The notes beneath the pieces were generated by a model. It was not told the DNA's origin. It ran no database searches and saw nothing but the letters and a program-made list of their open reading frames with translations. Below are positions 49,381 to 56,116 of a DNA stretch of 64,000 bases, one piece after another; position 1 is the stretch's first letter, and every line of letters begins with the position of its first letter. Made by a program: the position numbers and the translations under genes. This stretch comes from Nitrosomonadales bacterium (GTDB taxonomy: Bacteria; Pseudomonadota; Gammaproteobacteria; Burkholderiales; Gallionellaceae), in contig JACRNY010000005.1 of NCBI GenBank assembly GCA_016214695.1, positions 80,372-144,371 of the forward strand. The letters run 5' to 3'.

Positions 49381-50169
49381 GTGATCAGCTTCACCAGCGC
49401 GCAACTTCTAGCCTGGTTCGCCGCCTTCATCTTCCCGCTCGCCCGCATCCTCGCGCTCATCGCCAGCGCCCCGGTACTCGGCAACCGGCAGATCCCCGTC
49501 CGCATCAAGGTCGGACTGGCAGTGGCCATCACCATGATCGTCGCACCCACGCTGGACATCCCCACCGATCTCGACCCCGCATCCGCGCAAGGCGTGCTTG
49601 TCCTGATACAGCAGATCGTCGCCGGGCTGACCATGGGTTTCGCCATGCGTCTCGTCTTCACCGCCGTGGAGATGGCGGGCGACCTCGCCGGCATGCAGAT
49701 GGGCCTGGGTTTCGCCACATTCTACGACCCGCAGAACGCCACCTACCTGCCCGTGATCGCACAGTTCCTCGGCATCATCGCCGCGCTCACCTTCCTCGCC
49801 ATGGATGGTCATCTGTACATGCTGGCGGCGCTGGTGGAAAGCTTCCATTCCTTCCCCATCGCCGTGGGCACGCCCTCTGCCGGAGCATTCCGTACCCTGG
49901 TGGAATGGGGCGGCGCCATGTTCAGCCACGCGCTGCAACTCTCGCTCCCCCTGATCGGCGCGCTGCTCATCACCAATCTGGCGCTCGGCATCCTCACCCG
50001 CAGCGCACCGCAGCTCAACATCTTCGCGGTCGGCTTCCCGGTCACACTGGCGGTCGGCTTCATCGCACTGATGCTGGTGCTGCCTTTCCTCGCACCATTG
50101 CTGGGAACCTTCGTACGTGAAGGCCTGGATGTGATTGCGCGGGTGATGCAGCAGGCGGGGGGGCGTTAA
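49381..50169 (+). CDS. fliR: Export gate FliR
   Basis: GTG start; AGMQMGLGFA, DGHL and RSAPQLNIFAVGFP motifs. Confidence 0.95.
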   Translation: MISFTSAQLLAWFAAFIFPLARILALIASAPVLGNRQIPVRIKVGLAVAITMIVAPTLDIPTDLDPASAQGVLVLIQQIVAGLTMGFAMRLVFTAVEMAGDLAGMQMGLGFATFYDPQNATYLPVIAQFLGIIAALTFLAMDGHLYMLAALVESFHSFPIAVGTPSAGAFRTLVEWGGAMFSHALQLSLPLIGALLITNLALGILTRSAPQLNIFAVGFPVTLAVGFIALMLVLPFLAPLLGTFVREGLDVIARVMQQAGGR

Positions 50170-50228
50170 CGTGCAGCTAAGGGCGTCCCGGCGTCCTAAG
50201 GGAGCGAACTTGAGTGCAAGGATTAGGC
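50164..50228 (-). other. Terminal degenerate attC (65 bp)
   Basis: 78-bp family with an internal ~14-nt deletion and a mutated R'' (GCCTAAT); R' GTTAACG overlaps the fliR stop. Confidence 0.75.
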
Positions 50229-50516
50229 GTATTTGAACTCGATCTTATGGATCTTTTTTAGATCCACAGTCTGCTTGGCTTGCCATAGATCGTAATTGTC
50301 TTGCATCATCAACCAGCTTTCGGGGGTGCGTCCCAATGCCTTGGAAAGACGAAGAGCCATCTCAGGGCTCAAACCACTGGTTTCGTTCAAAACGCGATTA
50401 AGAGTCGAGGCGGCAACGCCCAATTTGAGGGCGAGCTCCCTGCAGCTGATTTCGTTCGGCGCAAGATAAACCTCTTGAATAAATGCGCCGGGGTGTGGCG
50501 GATTGTGCATAGCCAT
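50223..50516 (-). CDS. higA: HigA-family antitoxin (HTH_3)
   Basis: MAMHNPPHPGAFIQE, SPEMALRLSKALG and PESWLMMQDNYDL motifs. Confidence 0.92.
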   Translation of the reverse strand: MAMHNPPHPGAFIQEVYLAPNEISCRELALKLGVAASTLNRVLNETSGLSPEMALRLSKALGRTPESWLMMQDNYDLWQAKQTVDLKKIHKIEFKYA

Positions 50517-50590
50517 TAGTGATAATCCTCGTAATCTAAAACAAATGCGTTGCCGTTCTCAAATTCAAACGTGACGCGCCAATTACCATT
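50516..50590 (-). pseudogene. higB: 3' remnant of a HigB toxin gene
   Basis: Minus frame reads NGNWRVTFEFENGNAFVLDYEDYH*, and the TAA overlaps the higA ATG. The 5' part is replaced by the transposase element. Confidence 0.85.
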
Positions 50591-50599
50591 CGAAAAACC

Positions 50600-51409
50600 G
50601 GGGACAGACCACGGTTTCTCTCCTACTCCAAATCCAGTTCCCCCGATTCCGGCATTCCCGATTTTCGCGGACGCCCGGATTGACCCGGTGCAGCGCGCCT
50701 GCCGATCGTTTCGCTCACCGCTGATGCAAAGCGCTCACTCCCCAGCGCAAAGTTGCCATTAGTCGCCCGACGAATCTCATCCACCAGCCCTGGCTCCAAC
50801 TCATAACGAAAGAGATCGCGGTAAGCCGCCTGACGGGACACCGCGTCGCTACCCAGCGAGGTGTATAGCAGATGCGGTTGCACCAAGGCATCCATCTCCC
50901 CCTGCGCATTGGCCCGGTAGCTGGACCAGCGATACTCCGCTGGATGCGTCACCATATTCGCACGCACGGGGTTCAACTCGATGTAACGCTGGCATCCCAA
51001 AAGGTAATCTTCCTCTTGCACCGGGCACGACCGAAAGCGTCCTTCCCACAAAGTGCCGCTGCGCCGATAGACGCGATTCACATACTGCACATAACGCTGC
51101 CCCAGCGACTTCATCAAAGCACCGCCCGCATCAGCGCGCTCTGAAGAAATCAGCAGGTGAACATGATTCGTCATCAGCACATAAGCATGAATCCGGCAAC
51201 TGGACTTGCTGGCGTACTCGGAAAGCCAATCCAGATAGCGGCGATAGTCCTCATCGGCGAAAAAACAGGGCTGGCGATTATTGCCACGCTGGATAAGGTG
51301 GATAGGTACATTCGGCAATGCGATGCGGGCGCGGCGCGGCATGGCGAACTCCGACTGCGGAAGGACGAAGGGCAGTCTATCAAAGATCAGGAAACCGTGG
51401 TCTGTCCCC
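50600..51409. mobile_element. REP-flanked Y1 transposase element (RAYT/REPtron-like)
   Basis: Perfect 19-bp inverted ends ggggacagaccacggtttc (50600-50618) and gaaaccgtggtctgtcccc (51391-51409). Confidence 0.8.
50623..51342 (-). CDS. HUH Y1 transposase (REP-associated tyrosine transposase family)
   Basis: HLIQRGNNRQ, MTNHVHL (HUH), LWEGRF, YIELNPVRA and WSSY motifs. Confidence 0.92.
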   Translation of the reverse strand: MPRRARIALPNVPIHLIQRGNNRQPCFFADEDYRRYLDWLSEYASKSSCRIHAYVLMTNHVHLLISSERADAGGALMKSLGQRYVQYVNRVYRRSGTLWEGRFRSCPVQEEDYLLGCQRYIELNPVRANMVTHPAEYRWSSYRANAQGEMDALVQPHLLYTSLGSDAVSRQAAYRDLFRYELEPGLVDEIRRATNGNFALGSERFASAVSETIGRRAAPGQSGRPRKSGMPESGELDLE

Positions 51410-51482
51410 TATTATTAGTAAAAGAATAGAGCAAGGGCGAAACAAATTATGGCGCCTATGTGCATGGCTTGGTGCTCTCTAA
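51410..51482 (-). pseudogene. Truncated cassette: 5' end only (MHIGAIICFALALFFY*), no attC
   Basis: Begins at R' GTTAGAG; ATG at 51465; sequence breaks at the REP end. Confidence 0.6.
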
Positions 51483-51551
51483 CGTGAAGGTAAGGGGCTG
51501 CGCTTTAGCGCAGTCCCAGCCCGAAGGGCGAACTTGACCGCAGGGTTAGGG
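51477..51551 (-). other. attC (75 bp)
   Basis: CCCTAAC...GGTCAAG...CTTAC...GTTAGAG; related to the 78-bp family. Confidence 0.88.
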
Positions 51552-52094
51552 GTTTTCTTTGTATTGAGCAACAAGTTTTTCATATGCACTTCCGGTTGCA
51601 TCAAAACCAGCCTTTGAGCGCGAGCTGACTGTGAAAATGAGAAAGAATTCGCCTTCTTCACCATATGTCACACGTTCCCAGTTACCCGAACCTTTCGGAA
51701 AGAAAGTAAACGATTTGAATTTCTTTCCATCTGCCGTGACAAGTGGATTTACTTCTTGAATCTCAATACCGGGTGATTCCTTTAAAAAAATGTTTTTATC
51801 CCTCGCAATAAGCATTTCGAGTGTTTTGATCTCAGGGTCGCGAGGCTTGAAGATGGCCTTTGCGTACATAACGGTCTCGGCATTTGCAAAAGTAGCATTG
51901 TCGGGTGCCAATGCATTAACTTTGAAGTTGAAGCACTGTTCACGGTCTTGGTGCCACCCCGAAATCATAGCCAACTTGGGCCACCAGTAAAAATGCAAAC
52001 CCTGTTCACCAGGGACTGCAATTTTTTCTATCTCGGCTTGCGCAGTTGGCACAAGACTCAAAGCTGCAATGATGAGTAGTGAAAGAGTACGCAT
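51546..52094 (-). CDS. Cassette gene: secreted hypothetical protein (182 aa)
   Basis: True start ATG 52094; signal peptide MRTLSLLIIAALSLVPTAQA; stop lies in R''. Confidence 0.8.
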   Translation of the reverse strand: MRTLSLLIIAALSLVPTAQAEIEKIAVPGEQGLHFYWWPKLAMISGWHQDREQCFNFKVNALAPDNATFANAETVMYAKAIFKPRDPEIKTLEMLIARDKNIFLKESPGIEIQEVNPLVTADGKKFKSFTFFPKGSGNWERVTYGEEGEFFLIFTVSSRSKAGFDATGSAYEKLVAQYKENP

Positions 52095-52099
52095 ATAAC

Positions 52100-52168
52100 T
52101 CCTAACGTTCGAGGTAAGGGGCAATTTGCGGCCTGCCGCAAATTGTCCCATTGACTGATGGGTTAGGT
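52100..52168 (-). other. attC (69 bp)
   Basis: ACCTAAC...GTCAAT..caatttgcggc/gccgcaaattg..CTTAC...GTTAGGA. Confidence 0.88.
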
Positions 52169-52522
52169 GTCGCCTTTGCGAAGGGCAGCATTGAGTACCT
52201 CCTGGATGACTGCGGCACCGACAAGACGAGAGCCCTCTTGAACAGTGAAGCGAAAGCCGGGGAAGAGGCGACCGGCTTGGTATTCGGGGACCTGCAGCCA
52301 CACATTCGCAAGGACTGTCTCTCCCGGCGCCGCGGAGTCCTGACCGATGTACTCATGTGCAGCGTCATTCAGTGTGCCGGGCAGCCCGAAGTCGTGGCTC
52401 GGCCTGTAGCCAGACTGCGCCGGATGGGAGCGACCGCCGCGCTCTGTAGCCAAGAACTCAATCCTGGCCACGAGATCCGGCGGACGGACAGTTATGCGGG
52501 GAATTCTGGGCTCGGGCGACAT
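52163..52522 (-). CDS. Cassette gene: stand-alone EF-Tu domain III-like beta-barrel protein
   Basis: ARIEFLATERGGRSHPAQSGYRP...PGET...GFRFTVQEGSRLVGAAVIQEV resembles the EF-Tu C-terminal domain. Confidence 0.65.
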   Translation of the reverse strand: MSPEPRIPRITVRPPDLVARIEFLATERGGRSHPAQSGYRPSHDFGLPGTLNDAAHEYIGQDSAAPGETVLANVWLQVPEYQAGRLFPGFRFTVQEGSRLVGAAVIQEVLNAALRKGDT

Positions 52523-52570
52523 TGGAAGCTTTCGAGTGGGCAGGCGATGCTGCGCAACGGTTGCTGCGAC

Positions 52571-52648
52571 ACCTAACGTGCAGCTAAGGGGCGCGCCGAA
52601 GGCGCGTCCCAGCGACCAAAGGGAGCGAACTTGAGCGTAAGGTTAGGG
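52571..52648 (-). other. attC (78-bp signature family)
   Basis: CCCTAAC-CTTAC-GCTCAAG...CTTAG-CTGCAC-GTTAGGT. Confidence 0.92.
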
Positions 52649-53005
52649 GCCATCTACTGCCCCGACATCCATGCCATCATAGTCAAGAACTCCAAAGTGT
52701 TCGGCTACTTTATAGAGCTCCTGATTTCTCTGATTCAATGAATCAACAGAATGGGTTTCAATGCGATCTGCGCGTAGAAAAATTGTCTCTTGGTCTTCGT
52801 CTTCTGGAGCTGGCTCCAAAAAACCTATTACTTCATACCCGTTGTTTTCAAGATGGTGACCAATCTGAGTTAGTTTTTCTTTGTCACTATCCACAAAGAA
52901 AAATGACCACCTGCACGAATCGTCAATATCAAAGGGAGCTTTCCCCTCCTTATAAAGTTGCCGGGTGTGATCAAAGAACTCTTGTAATGTTTCGACTGTA
53001 ATCAT
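52643..53005 (-). CDS. Cassette gene: acidic RraB-like (DUF695-associated) protein
   Basis: WSFFF..LENNGYEV and terminal LDYDGMDVG pattern resemble RraB-like proteins. Confidence 0.55.
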   Translation of the reverse strand: MITVETLQEFFDHTRQLYKEGKAPFDIDDSCRWSFFFVDSDKEKLTQIGHHLENNGYEVIGFLEPAPEDEDQETIFLRADRIETHSVDSLNQRNQELYKVAEHFGVLDYDGMDVGAVDGP

Positions 53006-53011
53006 TGTGGC

Positions 53012-53070
53012 CTCTAACGTAAAGGTAAGGGGCGCGCGTTAGCGCGTCCCGCTTGACCGACGGGTTAGGC
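53012..53070 (-). other. attC (59 bp)
   Basis: GCCTAAC-CCGTC-GGTCAAG...CTTAC-CTTTAC-GTTAGAG. Confidence 0.9.
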
Positions 53071-53398
53071 TTGGGTCAAAAAGCAGAAACGCACGCCATG
53101 AACCCCAGCCCAGCAACACGGCGAAAATTAGTGAATAAACTTCCTGCCCAGAAACCATGCCGTAATCGAGAGACGCGGCGAGTGCCAAGACGGGAACAGC
53201 CCAACAAAGCAATTTCATTGCAACGTGCCCCCAAGACGGAAGGCGCTTAACTCGCGCTGCAACCAAGAGCACGCCGATTGCGGCAAACAATGCCGACACA
53301 ACAAAACCAACAATATCACCCTCGAACATACTGGGCGCAAACGCAGCGATCACAGCGCAATTAACAAGCAACGCGATAAGCCAGCCGAGTGTGCGCAT
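53039..53398 (-). CDS. Cassette gene: 4-TM membrane protein
   Basis: Four hydrophobic segments; the C-terminus extends into the attC. Confidence 0.75.
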   Translation of the reverse strand: MRTLGWLIALLVNCAVIAAFAPSMFEGDIVGFVVSALFAAIGVLLVAARVKRLPSWGHVAMKLLCWAVPVLALAASLDYGMVSGQEVYSLIFAVLLGWGSWRAFLLFDPSLTRRSSGTR

Positions 53399-53403
53399 AA
53401 GAA

Positions 53404-53485
53404 GCCTAACGTTTCGAGTTAAGCGACATCACGCATGACTGCTCGTTGCGCTCTGCCGCACTGTTTGCGTGATGTCTGCTTGAAC
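53404..53485 (-). other. Truncated attC (lacks R''): 75-bp attC-only unit
   Basis: 53411-53485 is identical to 55280-55354 and 55856-55930; it starts at the L'' box GTTCAAG. Confidence 0.85.
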
Positions 53486-53556
53486 GTGCAGCTAAGGGGC
53501 GCGCCGAAGGCGCGTCCCAGCGACCAAAGGGAGCGAGCTTGAGCGTAGGGTTAGCG
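53479..53556 (-). other. attC (78-bp family)
   Basis: CGCTAAC...GTTCAAG (non-canonical R' contributed by the downstream remnant). Confidence 0.9.
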
Positions 53557-53566
53557 GACATGTGCA

Positions 53567-53866
53567 TCATCGAGAATCAAAGAGGAAGACACCGAGAACA
53601 ATGATGCACAAAATCGCAAGCACGACACCAAGCCCTCGAACAACCCAGCCCGTGATAACCGCATACCTTGGGGTGTTCGTTCCATCGGGGTTGTTGAACC
53701 CCCCAGGCAAATCGTCTTCCAGCGTAGCCACCCAACCATTGATCAAAATTGCCTCCGCAACAATTAAGAATGCCCACCAAAACTTCAAACCTGAGATTGA
53801 AGAGAGGCCTGCTGCAAGCAACGTTATAACCAGCAACCAGATCGATGGCAAGAGCACTCGTTTCAT
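53567..53866 (-). CDS. Cassette gene: small 3-TM membrane protein
   Basis: Hydrophobic 99-aa ORF filling the cassette. Confidence 0.75.
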   Translation of the reverse strand: MKRVLLPSIWLLVITLLAAGLSSISGLKFWWAFLIVAEAILINGWVATLEDDLPGGFNNPDGTNTPRYAVITGWVVRGLGVVLAILCIIVLGVFLFDSR

Positions 53867-53869
53867 GTT

Positions 53870-53947
53870 CGCTAACGTGCAGCTAAGGGGCGCGCCGAAG
53901 GCGCGTCCCAGCGACCAAAGTGAGCGAACTTGAGCGTAGGGTTATGC
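53870..53947 (-). other. attC (78-bp family)
   Basis: GCATAAC...GTTAGCG. Confidence 0.92.
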
Positions 53948-54304
53948 CTAGTGTGAGACATATGCTTCTGTTCTGAGAAACCTGCAAAATTCATCTCGAA
54001 GGTCATCGTCTTCTTTGCCAAATTCCTTTTTGTGCTCCGCTAAATAAGCGAGATAAAGGTGGCCCTTGATTATCTTTAACTCGTTTTCGATGAGGAAGTC
54101 TCTACCTTTCACTCCATTATTAACCTGGTTGCTCAGCTCCTTTAGCGCTTCGTTCGCGGCCTTTTTAGTGAATGCTGATTCTGGAATATACCAAGCATCT
54201 TCTTCTGTTTTTGGTTTAGGCATGGGCTCGCAATAGTTTTTAGCGATTGCGAAATTACTTACAAGGAGCAGCGCAAGCCAACAGCAAATAACTCGTGACC
54301 TCAT
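53948..54304 (-). CDS. Cassette gene: secreted hypothetical protein
   Basis: Signal-peptide-like MRSRVICCWLALLLVSNFAIA; fills the cassette. Confidence 0.78.
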   Translation of the reverse strand: MRSRVICCWLALLLVSNFAIAKNYCEPMPKPKTEEDAWYIPESAFTKKAANEALKELSNQVNNGVKGRDFLIENELKIIKGHLYLAYLAEHKKEFGKEDDDLRDEFCRFLRTEAYVSH

Positions 54305-54835
54305 TTAATTTCTCCAAGAGGCATAACGTGGAGCTAAGGGGCGCGCCGAAGGCGCGTCCCAGCGACCGGAGGGAGCGAACTTGAGCGCAGGGTTAGGTGG
54401 TTCTCCAGCATTGATAGTTCTTTGCACCTCAGCCTCGTCGGATATATAGAAAATGGGTTCCATTTTTTTATGTTCTATTACCTCGGTTGCCCCATTGATA
54501 GTTACATTCACATAGCCGGGATGAGCTCTGGCGGGCCAATCATGTTGTGCCCATTCCCAGTATTGCGGATGATTCGTACTTCTGCCCGTTGCCTCGAATA
54601 GAGTTCTTCCGTGCTTACCTTTAACAATTAGAACCGTATCATCTACATCAAAAAGAGGGCTGTAATATCGTAGTTCAATAGTTACGTCCTCTCTCTGATA
54701 TCCGGTAGGTAGCGTTGGATACCAAACCGGTAATCTTGATGCTGGTGATAGCGTGAAGTCGGACTCCAATAACCCTCGTATCGGAGAACAGGCTGAGAAC
54801 AATACCAAGAATAGAAGGCCGGTGATAATCCTCAT
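54305..54835 (-). CDS. Cassette gene: putative lipoprotein that reads through its attC
   Basis: Lipobox LFSAC; the last ~31 codons come from the attC and the next cassette's leader. Confidence 0.75.
   Translation of the reverse strand: MRIITGLLFLVLFSACSPIRGLLESDFTLSPASRLPVWYPTLPTGYQREDVTIELRYYSPLFDVDDTVLIVKGKHGRTLFEATGRSTNHPQYWEWAQHDWPARAHPGYVNVTINGATEVIEHKKMEPIFYISDEAEVQRTINAGEPPNPALKFAPSGRWDAPSARPLAPRYASWRN
54321..54398 (-). other. attC (78-bp family)
   Basis: ACCTAAC...GTTATGC. Confidence 0.92.
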
Positions 54836-54841
54836 AACTTC

Positions 54842-54901
54842 ACCTAACGTCTGACATGAGGGGCCGCCGATAGGCGGTCCCTCTCGATGGATGGGTTGGG
54901 C
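54842..54901 (-). other. attC (60 bp, distinct type)
   Basis: GCCCAAC-CCATC-CATCGAG-AGGGACCGCC...GGCGGCCCCT-CATGTCAGAC-GTTAGGT. Confidence 0.88.
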
Positions 54902-54904
54902 ATC

Positions 54905-55267
54905 TTAGCCAAGACTGAGGCCCTTTTCTTTGGCTAGGCTGCGTGGGGATTGGCCAAATTCGGACACGATATCGGTTCGTGCCCCGGCCGCCAAAATGGC
55001 TTGTATGGCCTTTATGTTTTCTTGACGAATGGCAACGTGAAGAGGGGTTTCACCCATGTCGCCAACAGCATTGACGTCTGCGCCATGTTGAATAAGCAGA
55101 AGCGCTCCGTCAGTGTCCTTGCGCCAAAGAAGCACATGAAGCGGTGTATCGCCATCAACGTCAGTGCTACCAATATCAACCGCTTGATTCCCCAAATGCT
55201 CAGGAAACAGACAGTCAGAGGTCGATTGCAAAACCTCGTTTAGTGATCGGGCTGGCGTTTTACTCAC
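54905..55267 (-). CDS. Cassette gene: ankyrin-repeat protein
   Basis: GDTPLH, GETPLH and GQSP ankyrin motifs. Confidence 0.88.
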   Translation of the reverse strand: MSKTPARSLNEVLQSTSDCLFPEHLGNQAVDIGSTDVDGDTPLHVLLWRKDTDGALLLIQHGADVNAVGDMGETPLHVAIRQENIKAIQAILAAGARTDIVSEFGQSPRSLAKEKGLSLG

Positions 55268-55272
55268 GAGAT

Positions 55273-55366
55273 GCCCAACGTTTCGAGTTAAGCGACATCA
55301 CGCATGACTGCTCGTTGCGCTCTGCCGCACTGTTTGCGTGATGTCTGCTTGAACGAGGGGTTCGAC
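55273..55366 (-). other. attC (94 bp, aadA-like L boxes GTTCAAGC/GCTTAAC)
   Basis: GTCGAAC-CCCTC-GTTCAAGC..gacatcacgca/tgcgtgatgtc..GCTTAAC-TCGAAAC-GTTGGGC. Confidence 0.9.
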
Positions 55367-55482
55367 GTGAGAGATTGCGGCCTGGCTGTGATAAATGAAG
55401 CAGCGCGTTCATCTCTAAAAGCGCGGACATTTGATGTACCGCTTCTTCTCATTCATCCTTCGCCGCGATCTATCGCGTTGAA
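55279..55482 (-). mobile_element. 204-bp cassette with no conventional gene (only a 54-aa attC-overlapping ORF, 55288-55452)
   Basis: Bounded by crossover points GTTCAAC and GTTGGGC. Confidence 0.8.
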
Positions 55483-55554
55483 CGTGCAGCTAAGGGGCGC
55501 GCCGCAGGCGCGTCCCAGCGACCGCAGGGAGCGAACTTGAGCGTAGGGTTAGAG
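55477..55554 (-). other. attC (78-bp family)
   Basis: CTCTAAC...GTTCAAC. Confidence 0.92.
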
Positions 55555-55845
55555 TACATCAAGCTTTGACAAATGTTCTTTGTACCTAGCGGCATGTTCC
55601 AATAGCTCCATGTTCTCTGCTGCGAATAGAAGTTCTTGCCAAAAAAGATGCTCTTCTGCGTACCCACTATGACTTTCACCAATGCCTTCTAATGAATCTA
55701 AAGCAAGCTCAAATTCGGTATGGTGAAGATACTCGATGTATTGCTCTTCCCACTCCGCAGGTGTGCTGAGCACGACCGGCAGAAAATATCTTGCTGCTGC
55801 AAGATGACGCAACGAAGTTTTGAGTTCATCGGGGTATGGTCTCAT
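55549..55845 (-). CDS. Cassette gene: small acidic helical hypothetical protein (immunity-protein-like)
   Basis: 98 aa, Glu-rich (EYLHHTEFELALDSLEGIG); stop lies in R''. Confidence 0.7.
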   Translation of the reverse strand: MRPYPDELKTSLRHLAAARYFLPVVLSTPAEWEEQYIEYLHHTEFELALDSLEGIGESHSGYAEEHLFWQELLFAAENMELLEHAARYKEHLSKLDVL

Positions 55846-55848
55846 AAA

Positions 55849-55942
55849 CTCTAACGTTTCGAGTTAAGCGACATCACGCATGACTGCTCGTTGCGCTCTG
55901 CCGCACTGTTTGCGTGATGTCTGCTTGAACGAGGGGTTCGAC
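55849..55942 (-). other. attC (94 bp) of the first cassette
   Basis: Same sequence as 55273-55366 apart from the cassette-dependent R' (GTTAGAG). Confidence 0.9.
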
Positions 55943-56017
55943 GTGAGAGATTGCGGCCTGGCTGTGATAAATGAAGCAGCGCGTTCATCTCTATTCGCCG
56001 CGATCTATCGCGTTGAA
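55855..56017 (-). mobile_element. First cassette (163 bp): copy of 55279-55482 with a 41-nt deletion
   Basis: Identical except for loss of the segment at 55418-55458. Confidence 0.85.
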
Positions 56018-56040
56018 CGTAAAGTAGACACCCTAAAAAA
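56012..56040 (-). other. Putative attI site
   Basis: Last GTT crossover (G/TTCAAC) before intI, preceded by a 5-nt spacer and degenerate L box TGTCTAC; no attC palindrome upstream. Confidence 0.55.
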
Positions 56041-56116
56041 TGCCGAGAAAGGCACCTTCGAGACGTACAATCTGGCATCAACTCTGCAATGCCTTGTTTT
56101 TGTTGAAGGAGAAATT

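Noticed and set aside
52095-52301. N-terminal extension of the 51546 ORF
   Set aside because: It crosses an attC and overlaps another cassette gene; the signal peptide starts at ATG 52094.
50164-55942. Regularly recurring ~78-bp repeats that could be read as a CRISPR array
   Set aside because: Spacers are 370-620 bp and contain ORFs, the repeats have attC R''/L''/L'/R' structure, an integron integrase is adjacent, and no cas genes are present.
55880-56116. 79-aa N-terminal extension of IntI in the ORF track
   Set aside because: It runs across an attC, the first cassette and attI; a strong RBS precedes ATG 56117.
56019-56116. LexA box or Pc promoter near intI
   Set aside because: No CTGT-N8-ACAG or GAAC-N4-GTTC match was found, only a half-site (ACGTAC) beside a TACAAT -10-like hexamer. 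No convincing -35/-10 pair faces the array.
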